NCBI GenBank assembly: GCA_964474995.1
Contig: CAYYUY010000002.1
Location: forward strand, 35,755 to 99,754
DNA: 64,000 bases
Direction: 5' to 3'
Source: an uncultured Candidatus Saccharibacteria bacterium
GTDB taxonomy: Bacteria; Patescibacteriota; Saccharimonadia; Saccharimonadales; JALRHH01
Shown: one piece after another, positions 23,545 to 31,633 of the stretch
How positions within the stretch are numbered: the first letter of the stretch is position 1
How the letters are laid out: every line of letters begins with the position of its first letter
Position numbers and translations under genes: made by a program
The notes under the pieces: model-generated
The model's database searches: none
Seen by the model: only the letters and a program-made list of their open reading frames with translations
Told to the model about the DNA's origin: nothing

Positions 23545-24345
23545 ATGCAGAAAGGCGAATACATCCGCGACAGACTTCTACCAAGCTCAATTCAGGCTGC
23601 CTGTGATCGACAAGCAATCACGTACCAAGCCTTCTCGGATGATTGGGTATTGAAGCTTTCCAAAGGTGGGCGTATCTTCTGGGTTTTTGGCTACAAGTTT
23701 GATATCAATCCATCTGCTGTAAGCCTCATAGCACAAGATAAAGTTGCAACGTATCTTGTGCTGGCTGAACACAATATACCGGCCGTGCCGCACATTCTCG
23801 CACGGTCATTACCCGGTGAGTCAATCAACCGCGCAGGCCTCAAGGCCCAATTCACATCCGATATTGTTATCAAGCCGCTGAGTGGTACCGGCGGTCGAGA
23901 TGTCACGCGTTACGCCGATATAACAGAGGCGCTGACTGTTATTGAAGCTAGTAATGAGCCTGCATGGGCTGTTTCACCATATCTAAATATTGAACAAGAA
24001 ACCCGGTGCATTGTCCTGGATGGCGACACTATTCTGGCGTATGAAAAACAGCAACCAGAAATCATAAATGGACTTAAGTTCTTCAACCTCAGCCACGGCG
24101 CAATTGCAGTCGACGTTGCCACCGAAGCATTAGCAACCGAGGTTCAACAGCTTGCCAGAGATACCTGCAAACAACTTGGCCTGCGACTAGCGGCTGTTGA
24201 TATCGTGACACTAACGGATGGCACACGACTTGTGCTCGAAGTAAATGATGGCTTTTCTATGGAATATTACGCTCGGCAATCCGAACAAAATAAAAATCGT
24301 GCCATATCTTTATATGACACGATTGTTGCCGCAATGTTTGCATAA
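23545..24345 (+). CDS. ATP-grasp family ligase (RimK/glutathione-synthetase-like)
   Basis: IVIKPLSGTGGRDV, central and C-terminal ATP-grasp blocks (LRLAAVDIV...LVLEVND). The start was set at MQKGEY. The 49 upstream codons cover the tRNA-fragment repeat. TATAAT lies 7 nt upstream of the ATG, so the transcript may be leaderless. Confidence 0.65.
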   Translation: MQKGEYIRDRLLPSSIQAACDRQAITYQAFSDDWVLKLSKGGRIFWVFGYKFDINPSAVSLIAQDKVATYLVLAEHNIPAVPHILARSLPGESINRAGLKAQFTSDIVIKPLSGTGGRDVTRYADITEALTVIEASNEPAWAVSPYLNIEQETRCIVLDGDTILAYEKQQPEIINGLKFFNLSHGAIAVDVATEALATEVQQLARDTCKQLGLRLAAVDIVTLTDGTRLVLEVNDGFSMEYYARQSEQNKNRAISLYDTIVAAMFA

Positions 24346-24346
24346 C

Positions 24347-24421
24347 TGGTGCGGGTGCGCAGAATCGAACTGCGATCTCAAGTTTGGAAAACTCACATAC
24401 TAACCGTTGTACTACACCCGC
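24347..24421 (-). tRNA. tRNA-Gly(TCC), CCA encoded
   Basis: Hand fold: GCGGGTG/TA/GTAC-AACGGTTA-GTAT/G/TGAGT-TTTCCAA-ACTTG/AGAT/CGCAG-TTCGATT-CTGCG/CACCCGC/A/CCA. Confidence 0.85.
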
Positions 24422-24440
24422 ATGTGTAATCATGCACGAT

Positions 24441-24554
24441 TATACAAGGATGACGGAGGAAACCGAAACTTGTTTCAGATTTCCGAGTACTCCGCCACCA
24501 GCGCAGCTATACAAGGATGACGGAGGAAAATGAAACTTGTTTCATGTTTCCGAG
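24441..24554. repeat. Two 47-bp direct repeats (24441-24487, 24508-24554; period 67 bp), each with an internal hairpin around GAAAC-TT-GTTTC
   Basis: TATACAAGGATGACGGAGGAAA(CC/AT)GAAACTTGTTTCA(GA/TG)TTTCCGAG. Copy 1 overlaps the TATAAT (minus strand, 24439-24444) that I read as the tRNA-Gly promoter. Confidence 0.85.
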
Positions 24555-24590
24555 CTCAACGCTCCAAACAAAGTTGTCGCAGATTATCTC

Positions 24591-24599
24591 TGTTATAAT
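24591..24599 (+). promoter_or_regulatory. Extended -10 (TGtTATAAT) candidate promoter of the P-type ATPase gene
   Basis: TGTTATAAT lies 37 nt upstream of the ATG, and AAGGAG lies 4 nt before the start codon. Confidence 0.45.
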
Positions 24600-24635
24600 T
24601 AGGTTCAAATTGATACCAACACATTAAGGAGTCCT

Positions 24636-26486
24636 ATGCTAAAGCGTCTGAGAAGTTTTTTTGGTGAATATCGTAGTCTGGGCATTGTCATTATTGCAAT
24701 CTTTTCAAGTGCTATCCTCGACCTGAGCAACTACGATACGGTGTCACACTGGATTCTTGGCCTTACCGCCATAGGCGCAGCACTTCCACTCGTCTGGAAT
24801 ATGATCGAAACTATCCGAAGCGGACAGTACGGCATTGACCTGCTGGCCATAACGGCAATTGTTACCTCTGTTATATTGCACCAATACTGGGCCGGTATCG
24901 TCATTGCCTTAATGCTCACCGGTGGTGAAGCACTCGAAGACTATGCTGAAAAACGTGCCAAAACAGAACTGACCGACCTACTAAGCCGAAAACCTAAGCG
25001 TGCTCGTTTGCTCAAAGGTACCCGTACTATGGACGTCACCGTTCATAGCATCATGAAGAATGACAAACTTCTTATACTACCTGGTGAGATTATCCCGGTT
25101 GATGCAGTCATTATCGACGGTGAATCAAACCTCGACGAATCCAGCCTAACCGGCGAAAGCATCCCCGTCAGCAAACTTGTTGGCGATGAAATTCTCAGTG
25201 GATCAGTCAATATCGACGGCGCCCTCACTGTTCGTGCCCTGCGCCCTGCCGCCGAAAGCCAATACGAGCAGATCATCAAGCTCGTGAAGTCTGCTAGCAC
25301 TGCACAATCACCATTCGTACGTCTCGCCGATCGTTTCAGTATGCCCTTCACGTTTGTTGCATTCCTTATTGCCGGTACAGCCTGGCTCATATCCGGCGAA
25401 CCCGTACGCTTCCTTGAAGTCATAGTCGTCGCCACACCATGCCCACTGCTGCTTGGTGCTCCAATTGCCCTTATATCTGGCATGAGTCGGGCTGCCAAGC
25501 ATGGTGTCATCGTCAAAACCGGCTCAGCGCTGGAGCGTCTGGCTGAAGTTGAGACAATTGCATTCGATAAAACAGGTACCCTCACACATGGCGAGCCAGT
25601 CGTTGCCACCGTCCAAACATTCAATAAGCATTCAGAGGAAGCCGTGCTATTGCACGCTGCTGCGCTTGAACAAAGCTCTGGCCACGTACTCGCAAACGCC
25701 ATCGTTGCTGCCGCTACCAAGCATAGTGACCACAAGCTAGCCAAGGCCAAGCTTGTCAAAGAAATCGCAGGACACGGCCTCCAGGGGCGGCTCAGCGGCA
25801 AAACAGTGCTCGTTGGACGTCTCAGCATGCTCCAAGAGCACAAAATCACCATTCCAAAAGAGTTCAAAGAAGATCGCATCCGACACACAGCAACGTTTGT
25901 CGCCATTGATGGCGAACTCGCTGGCATCATTACATTCCGCGACGTCATTCGCAAAGATGCCAAATCAATGCTCCGACGTCTCAAAAAGGCCGGCATTCAA
26001 AATGTTGTGATGGTGACTGGCGACAATACCGCCTCGGCAGTAGCCGTTGCCAAAGAACTCAACATTGTCGACGTATATCCGGATTGCTTACCCGCTGACA
26101 AACTTGCTGTCATAGATCAGCTACCAAACCGCCCTGTCGCATTTGTTGGTGATGGCGTCAATGATGCCCCAGTACTAACTGCTGCTGACGTTGGTATCGC
26201 GCTTGGTGCTCGTGGTTCAACGGCCGCCAGTGAAACTGCCGATATCGTCATCTTGCTTGACGACGTCTCGCGCGTGGCAACTGGCGTTGAGATTGCCAAA
26301 CGGACATTCGCAATTGCGAGGCAAAGTATCTTGATGGGGATTTTCATTAGCCTTGGCCTCATGGCAGTATTTGCTACTGGTAAGTTCAAGCCAGTGTACG
26401 GCGCTGCAGCCCAAGAAGTTGTAGATGTTGCGGTCATCGTCAATGCCCTTCGGGCGCACGGCTCAGGCAAACGAAAAACTAGATAA
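24636..26486 (+). CDS. P1B-type heavy-metal-translocating ATPase without N-terminal metal-binding domain; TM motif TPCP
   Basis: DKTGTLT phosphorylation site, TGES-like GESIPV, GDGVNDAP hinge, and ATPCPLLLGAP in the transmembrane metal site. Confidence 0.85.
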   Translation: MLKRLRSFFGEYRSLGIVIIAIFSSAILDLSNYDTVSHWILGLTAIGAALPLVWNMIETIRSGQYGIDLLAITAIVTSVILHQYWAGIVIALMLTGGEALEDYAEKRAKTELTDLLSRKPKRARLLKGTRTMDVTVHSIMKNDKLLILPGEIIPVDAVIIDGESNLDESSLTGESIPVSKLVGDEILSGSVNIDGALTVRALRPAAESQYEQIIKLVKSASTAQSPFVRLADRFSMPFTFVAFLIAGTAWLISGEPVRFLEVIVVATPCPLLLGAPIALISGMSRAAKHGVIVKTGSALERLAEVETIAFDKTGTLTHGEPVVATVQTFNKHSEEAVLLHAAALEQSSGHVLANAIVAAATKHSDHKLAKAKLVKEIAGHGLQGRLSGKTVLVGRLSMLQEHKITIPKEFKEDRIRHTATFVAIDGELAGIITFRDVIRKDAKSMLRRLKKAGIQNVVMVTGDNTASAVAVAKELNIVDVYPDCLPADKLAVIDQLPNRPVAFVGDGVNDAPVLTAADVGIALGARGSTAASETADIVILLDDVSRVATGVEIAKRTFAIARQSILMGIFISLGLMAVFATGKFKPVYGAAAQEVVDVAVIVNALRAHGSGKRKTR

Positions 26487-27159
26487 GATTAAAGGCAATA
26501 ACCGCTACAAGCGGGATCAATAAATTATCACTACCATAGACACCAAGGTTCTCTGTAACGGTGAGTAGTAGCGGTAGCCATACAATTCCCCACGCACCGC
26601 CAGTGATGGTGCCGCCACTATGCAATATAAACCAACTAACGATTGCGGTTGCTACAACCAAAAACGCCAGTGAGCCAACGAGTGACTTCTTCTGTCCAAA
26701 CACCTTATATGAATTGGTTTTGCCGTAACGTGTGCCCACAAGTGCGGCCGATGCATCCGCCAAACCGAGGACCAGGATTGCTGCGGCAAACTCCCATTTT
26801 GAGCTTGCTACCAATGCTGTAATGATTGCTGCTATCGGGAAAAAGAACTCCCCATACGAGAGACGACCCACGCGGTATGCTTTACCTAGGTAATGAACCC
26901 AGCCAACTCTCTTGCGGTCATTTGCATACAGATAGCGGCCGATGCACATACTCGCAAAAAAGAGCAGTTCAATAGATACAACCATGTCCAACGAAACCCA
27001 AAACGCGAGCGCTGCAAGTCCAGCCCCATGTGCGACGTGCATTAGTTTTCGGGAAGCCTCATTTGTCCGATGAAACCGGTTCAACAGATATTCACCGACC
27101 ATGACAAAGGATACGAATATAGCTACAAGAAGGACGAAATGAATTAACATATGTCCCAT
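26479..27159 (-). CDS. Polytopic membrane protein of the CTP-dependent kinase / cytidylyltransferase (dolichol-kinase, CdsA-like) type
   Basis: About 6 TM segments. The C-terminal block GLADASAALVGTRYGK...KSLVGSLAFLV is typical of the family. Confidence 0.5.
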   Translation of the reverse strand: MGHMLIHFVLLVAIFVSFVMVGEYLLNRFHRTNEASRKLMHVAHGAGLAALAFWVSLDMVVSIELLFFASMCIGRYLYANDRKRVGWVHYLGKAYRVGRLSYGEFFFPIAAIITALVASSKWEFAAAILVLGLADASAALVGTRYGKTNSYKVFGQKKSLVGSLAFLVVATAIVSWFILHSGGTITGGAWGIVWLPLLLTVTENLGVYGSDNLLIPLVAVIAFNLI

Positions 27160-27194
27160 ATTAAACGCTACAAGCTAACACGAGGCAATGCTAC

Positions 27195-28196
27195 TTACGC
27201 GCCAGGCTCAGTTCGGCTGAGGCTAATCTCTACAATTCGAAGGATCATAGCTTCGTAGGCCATATCTTCGTTAAGCATACAGGCGTGTGTGAAGTAGCTA
27301 ATAAAATCATTGTTGGCGAGGCCTGGAACTAAGTTCGCTTCTAGGAAATAAATGGTCCCTTGGGTATCCATCCGAAAATCAATGCGGCCGTAGTCTCTAC
27401 CGCCAAGTTCTACAAATACTGCTTTGGCTTTGGTGATAAGCCTGTCTCGGACATCTTTATCACCGACTGCGATAACTTCTTCCGTATCAGCTGCTTTGAC
27501 TTTTGAGCCCAAGATTCGGTCACCCTGCTCATTTTGGTTGGCGATGAGTTCAACCGGCATGGCAATAAGTTCGCTCCCATTTCCCATTAACGCAACACTG
27601 AATTCACGACCATCCAAATACGTCTCTACCAATGAATCAGTACCAAATAGACGCTTGATAGATGCGACTTTTGCCTGATACGCACCGAAGTTACGTACAA
27701 TTGAGTCAGCGCCAATCCCCTTGCCACCGCCTTGTGTTGGAGGTTTCAAAAATAATGGAAACTGGATTGGCAGAGCAGCCACATTGAGATATTGCCCAGG
27801 ATATGCCATGAAATATGAAGCCGTTGGCAGACCGGCTGCCTTGACTGCATGTTTCGCGTGATTCTTGTGCAGATCAAGCATAATTGCCGCTTGCTGTGAA
27901 CCAGTAAAGTTCACTGCATTTTCGTCCAAATATGCCGACACCCACACATCATCACTTGGGGTGTAGTTACTGGCTATTACACTTGGGCTCGTTCGTTTGA
28001 GGCCAAGAAATACCAAGTCTGGCTGATAACCAACTATCGTCTGTAGATCGGTGACACTACTAACATTTGTTATCTCCACACGCTCATAGTGGCGGCTCAA
28101 GACGTCACGAATCATCAAACAAGACTTGAGCCCCATAGAGCTCTGCCTCTTTGTTTCAGTCCGTGCGATTTGAATGTGTTTTTGAATCTTTGCCAT
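27195..28196 (-). CDS. ATP-grasp ligase, D-Ala-D-Ala-ligase-like
   Basis: Ddl-like layout with an N-terminal Rossmann-like part, FLKPPTQGGGKGIG, and the C-terminal RIDFRMD...YFLEANLVPG block. Confidence 0.6.
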   Translation of the reverse strand: MAKIQKHIQIARTETKRQSSMGLKSCLMIRDVLSRHYERVEITNVSSVTDLQTIVGYQPDLVFLGLKRTSPSVIASNYTPSDDVWVSAYLDENAVNFTGSQQAAIMLDLHKNHAKHAVKAAGLPTASYFMAYPGQYLNVAALPIQFPLFLKPPTQGGGKGIGADSIVRNFGAYQAKVASIKRLFGTDSLVETYLDGREFSVALMGNGSELIAMPVELIANQNEQGDRILGSKVKAADTEEVIAVGDKDVRDRLITKAKAVFVELGGRDYGRIDFRMDTQGTIYFLEANLVPGLANNDFISYFTHACMLNEDMAYEAMILRIVEISLSRTEPGA

Positions 28197-28212
28197 AATG
28201 TTTTCCTGAACA

Positions 28213-28249
28213 AATAAAAACAGTCCCGCTAGGGTTACTAACGGGACTG
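28213..28249 (-). terminator. Rho-independent terminator after the RNA-binding-protein gene
   Basis: Minus strand reads CAGTCCCG-(13-nt loop)-CGGGACTG followed by TTTTTATTT, about 40 nt after the stop codon. Confidence 0.55.
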
Positions 28250-28287
28250 CTCAGCGAAACGCTGAAGGTTACGATGCTACTAGAAAT

Positions 28288-28623
28288 CTAGTAAGAACGA
28301 CGGAATGAACCGCCACCACCGCCACCACCGTTGCGGTTGCCGCCGAAGCCGCCACCACCGCCACGAGGACGCTCTTCTTGAGGACGTGCTTCGTTGACCA
28401 TGATACGACGTCCACCAACTTCTTGCTCGTTGAGAGCCTTGATAGCTGCTGCTGCTTCTTCTGCAGTTTCCATTTCAACAAAGCCGAAGCCCTTTGATTG
28501 GCCACTGTCGCGGTCCTTGATAACAACTGCGCTCACGACTTTGCCGTGATCTGCAAACAATGTTTCAAGATCCTGATCAGAGGTGCTGTATGGGAGACCA
28601 CCAACGTATAATTTACTTGCCAT
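28288..28623 (-). CDS. RRM-type RNA-binding protein with Gly/Arg-rich tail
   Basis: KLYVGGLPY (RNP-2), KGFGFVEM (RNP-1), and the C-terminal GGGGFGGNRNGGGGGG. Confidence 0.88.
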   Translation of the reverse strand: MASKLYVGGLPYSTSDQDLETLFADHGKVVSAVVIKDRDSGQSKGFGFVEMETAEEAAAAIKALNEQEVGGRRIMVNEARPQEERPRGGGGGFGGNRNGGGGGGGSFRRSY

Positions 28624-28746
28624 TTTGATAAAACCTTCCGTTATAACTTATATCGCTCGCGTTCTATGCTCCGGCCGTGTGATATCAAATTTACTTAAGG
28701 CAAAATCTACTTCATTTGGCAGTACTATACTACTTGCTTAGGGGCT

Positions 28747-28755
28747 ATTATAGCA
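28747..28755 (-). promoter_or_regulatory. Extended -10 (TGcTATAAT) candidate promoter giving a ~115-nt 5' UTR for the RRM protein gene
   Basis: The reverse complement of 28747-28755 is TGCTATAAT. Nothing else promoter-like lies closer to the start codon. Confidence 0.4.
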
Positions 28756-28842
28756 TGATGGGCGCATTTAGGACAGTGCTGGCGATAAAGTCATTACCTC
28801 GGTGAGGTCAAGACGGCCGCCTGCGGCGCGTTTGCAGTGTAC

Positions 28843-28855
28843 TCGGGGTGAAAGG
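28843..28855. repeat. Distal att-like copy of the tRNA-Pro 3' end (13/13 with 38157-38169)
   Basis: An exact 13-mer is found twice in direct orientation, bracketing the island. Confidence 0.85.
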
Positions 28856-29021
28856 GCAATGCACTTCTGCGACTGTGCTCGAAACAAGTTTCTGCGTTCA
28901 GTCTTGAAGGTCAAACCATTCAACCTTCAATCTTTTGCTTAGGCAAAATCTTGGGTCGAAGGTTTGAGAACTTGAATCCAGGTCAAATAAAAAAGGCCTC
29001 CTGCGACGGTACTCAAAGAAG

Positions 29022-29465
29022 GTGCACCTAACTTCGGTGGCTCAGCGGCTGCACAAGCTGCTTGAAGTTGAGCCTCAGGCTGAGCTCATTGCAGACCCAG
29101 TTCGGGTGCGCCGCGTGGAGTGGCGGCTTGGTGAAGACGGAGTCAAGGAACTGATCGTCGATTACGAAGCTGGACTAGCGGTGCCCGAACTGCAGACCAA
29201 GTACGGACTGAGCAAGGGCTCGGTGCGGAAGCTGCTCAGTGATGCTGGAGTCAGCATGCGGCGACGTCCCCTGCCCGACTCGGTAGTTGCGCAGATCATC
29301 GAGTTGTACAAGACAGGGTTGTCGATCCGGGAGGTGGCGGCCAAGGTCGGAGTGCCGAAGACGACCGTTCAGAACTTGCTCGTGAAGTCGGGTGTGGTCA
29401 TGCGGCCGGCGGTTCGTTTTTCTCGTCGATCTGCTTCTGGGCATCAGCACGAGCTAGAGCGGTGA
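29022..29465 (+). CDS. Tandem helix-turn-helix protein, GC-rich (foreign-looking)
   Basis: GTG start. It has two internal repeats of the type (D/L)Y(E/K)xGL(A/S)(V/I)xE(L/V)xxK(Y/V)G(L/V)xKx(S/T)VxxLLxxxGVxMR. About 60% GC. The antisense ORFs are Arg-rich shadows. Confidence 0.55.
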   Translation: MHLTSVAQRLHKLLEVEPQAELIADPVRVRRVEWRLGEDGVKELIVDYEAGLAVPELQTKYGLSKGSVRKLLSDAGVSMRRRPLPDSVVAQIIELYKTGLSIREVAAKVGVPKTTVQNLLVKSGVVMRPAVRFSRRSASGHQHELER

Positions 29466-29888
29466 TGGCTTTGGCCAGTATGTGTAGGTCTACTGGTTTG
29501 CGTCTTATGCCAGTGACTTTGATGTTGTAGGTCTTGCGATGTGGCATTTGATAACAGATTAGCGCCCTTCCCTGATAGCAGGCTTATACAAGCCTAAACG
29601 CTATCCGTGGGGGTAAAACGACGTAGAATGTACTACATGTGGTGTATTAGCAATCAATCTTTGTTATAATCCAGATAGCCTAGAGAGATTTAGGCTACAG
29701 GAGGCGGAGTCTGTGTTGAGGTCTTACCAAAAACTAGTTCTATATCCTGTGGCCTCGTCTGCAGAAACAAACAATCCTACAAATTAGGGTGCAGGATAAA
29801 CCGCAGGTAGAAGACTGCTCGGTCAGTTTTCTACATGCCAATCCGGCCGCCGCACCACCAAGTACGGCTGGAAGAAAGAAAAGATCAA

Positions 29889-30095
29889 ATGGCAAAAACC
29901 CCACCCAATAGTGGTAAGTCTTGGTCTAGCAGCGACGTAGCAAAGTTACGTTCGCTAGCTCATGGCAACACACCAACGCGCGTAGCTGGCCTCAAACTAG
30001 GCCGCACCCCAGGTGCTGTGCAGACCAAGGCGTCTGAGCTGAACATCAGTCTCAAACCAACAAACCAATCGCCGTACGGCACTAAAAAGAAATAA
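29889..30095 (+). CDS. Small Myb/SANT-like DNA-binding protein
   Basis: GKSWSSSDVAKLRSLAHGNTPTRVAGLKLGRTPGAVQTKASEL fits the W-x3-(D/E)-x2-L...GRT...helix pattern. The start was set at MAKTPP; the track start is 29835. Confidence 0.35.
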   Translation: MAKTPPNSGKSWSSSDVAKLRSLAHGNTPTRVAGLKLGRTPGAVQTKASELNISLKPTNQSPYGTKKK

Positions 30096-30208
30096 CTCCC
30101 GGCCCACCCAGGAGTTACGAGTTACGACTTACGACTTAGCCTGAGACCGAGCTCAGGCCAAAGTTCTAAACAACAACCTAAGTATACAAGAAAAAGGAGG
30201 TCACTCAA

Positions 30209-30484
30209 ATGGTGATCTTGATTAGTTATGACTTGAATAAACATGAACGACCAGAGGCATACGCCAAGGTCAAGAAGATGATCGAAGACAACTCGATCAG
30301 CTGCAAAAAACCGCTCTACTCCCAGTGGTTCGCTGAAACAAACGACAGCGTGCAGACCTGGCACGAGCGGATGAAGGAGGTTACCGACGACAATGACTAC
30401 TGGTTCATCGTCACGGTAACTAGTACCGGTCATCAAGGCTGGTTGCCCAAAGCTGTTTGGGAGTGGTTGAACGAGCGCATCTAG
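30209..30484 (+). CDS. Small alpha/beta protein with Cas2/VapD-like N-terminal strand (function unknown)
   Basis: 91 aa with a strong RBS (AAGGAGG, 8-nt spacer). MVILISYDL...YWFIVTV has a beta-alpha-beta pattern reminiscent of ferredoxin-fold Cas2-like proteins. This is a weak call. Confidence 0.5.
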   Translation: MVILISYDLNKHERPEAYAKVKKMIEDNSISCKKPLYSQWFAETNDSVQTWHERMKEVTDDNDYWFIVTVTSTGHQGWLPKAVWEWLNERI

Positions 30485-30504
30485 TTCAAGGAAGGACTAA
30501 ATGA

Positions 30505-30537
30505 AAAGAGACTGCGCAATGCGCAGTCTCTTCGTTC
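30505..30537 (+). terminator. Rho-independent terminator
   Basis: GAGACTGCG-CAATG-CGCAGTCTC forms a 9-bp GC-rich stem followed by TTCGTTCT, 20 nt after the stop codon. Confidence 0.6.
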
Positions 30538-30829
30538 TGGGTGACTCCTACCTGTTCTTACTCGAATCACACGACCGGTGTAACAAGATGCCAAGGTCAT
30601 CTTACCGATCGGACATCGGGAAACAGGGGTAAATCACTCAAATACTGACATAAGGTACATTTGGTCGGCGTACTACGTCCTCAAACGAACCTGTACTCCA
30701 AACCTTGCATAGTCTACTACTTAACTTCGGTAGTATCAAGACTAGCTTAGATGCACTGAACTCACGGCTGGATAACCTTGTGCGGTCTGAACGTGCCTCT
30801 AGCATGGACTTTTTGCTATAGTAAGGTTA

Positions 30830-31033
30830 ATGAGTGATGTGAAATTGCCACCTCAAACATCGGCTACCGATACGTCTAATTGGGACAATAAAGTATTTAC
30901 TGCCCCTGTCGTAAGTAGTGTTAGTAAGATTATCAAGAACAAAGAACGGCGTGAGATGATACTTAATGCTCCCGAACCCAAAAGGCAAAAACGTTCTAAA
31001 AATCCAGATATTCAAAGAATCAAGAAGCTGTAA
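30830..31033 (+). CDS. Small basic hypothetical protein
   Basis: 67 aa, Lys/Arg-rich C-terminus, co-directional with the downstream pair. No motif recognised. Confidence 0.3.
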   Translation: MSDVKLPPQTSATDTSNWDNKVFTAPVVSSVSKIIKNKERREMILNAPEPKRQKRSKNPDIQRIKKL

Positions 31034-31069
31034 ATAACTAACGAGAAAAATGTTGAACCTAGAGAAACG

Positions 31070-31633
31070 ATGGAAGACTATACAAAGAAAGAGCTATTTG
31101 AAGAATTAGGTTCACTCAAAAAGTGGAATAAGCAAATGCTTCAGCAAGTGCAAGATTTTCGCAAACTTGGAGAGCATACAGTTGACGTAGATATGCGCAT
31201 GCAGAAAACCGAATCACTTGCCAAGAGAGCAAATGAGGACGTATTCACTCATTGGAAAATGTGGCGTTTTAAGCGGAAACGAGCACACCCGCTTATGATT
31301 AAAAACATGCAGACAATCAGCAAAGAAATGTCTGAGCATTTTCTTGAGTGTGGTCAGGCCTGGAAGTACCCCGACAGCCAACACATCCGTGAGAAAGACC
31401 CCGACCTATTCAGGAAGCGTGAAATTATTGAGGGTCATATTAGAGATAATCTGTTTACACTCAAGGATATGCGAGGGATTGCTCAAGAGTATGAAAGTCG
31501 TTATGGTTCTCACGAGCACTTAACCTCAGACAGAGCCTTTAAGTGGGTGCAGGTTCTTTTAGGATTCGTGTTTGGTGTCGCCTCATCTCTCATAGTTTTA
31601 TTTATCTCTCATATGCTGGGCTGGAAGCAATGA
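31070..31633 (+). CDS. Helical protein with C-terminal TM anchor (partner of a HEPN protein)
   Basis: 187 aa, predicted helical, with terminal WVQVLLGFVFGVASSLIVLFISHMLGW. Its stop overlaps the next ATG (ATGA at 31630-31633). Confidence 0.55.
   Translation: MEDYTKKELFEELGSLKKWNKQMLQQVQDFRKLGEHTVDVDMRMQKTESLAKRANEDVFTHWKMWRFKRKRAHPLMIKNMQTISKEMSEHFLECGQAWKYPDSQHIREKDPDLFRKREIIEGHIRDNLFTLKDMRGIAQEYESRYGSHEHLTSDRAFKWVQVLLGFVFGVASSLIVLFISHMLGWKQ

Noticed and set aside
24441-24554. Possible CRISPR array (repeat-spacer-repeat)
   Set aside because: There are only two copies, separated by a 20-bp spacer. The repeats are 47 bp with 4 mismatches, no cas genes are present, and copy 1 coincides with a tRNA promoter.
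25043-25996. 317-aa antisense ORF inside the P-type ATPase gene
   Set aside because: The sense frame carries all the canonical P-type motifs (DKTGT, GDGVNDAP). The antisense product is Ser/Arg/Ala-rich with no motif, which is a typical GC-driven shadow ORF.
29175-29450. 91-aa minus-strand ORF antisense to the tandem-HTH gene
   Set aside because: It is an Arg/His/Pro-rich nonsense-like sequence in a 60% GC patch where long spurious ORFs are expected. The plus-strand frame shows a clear duplicated HTH.
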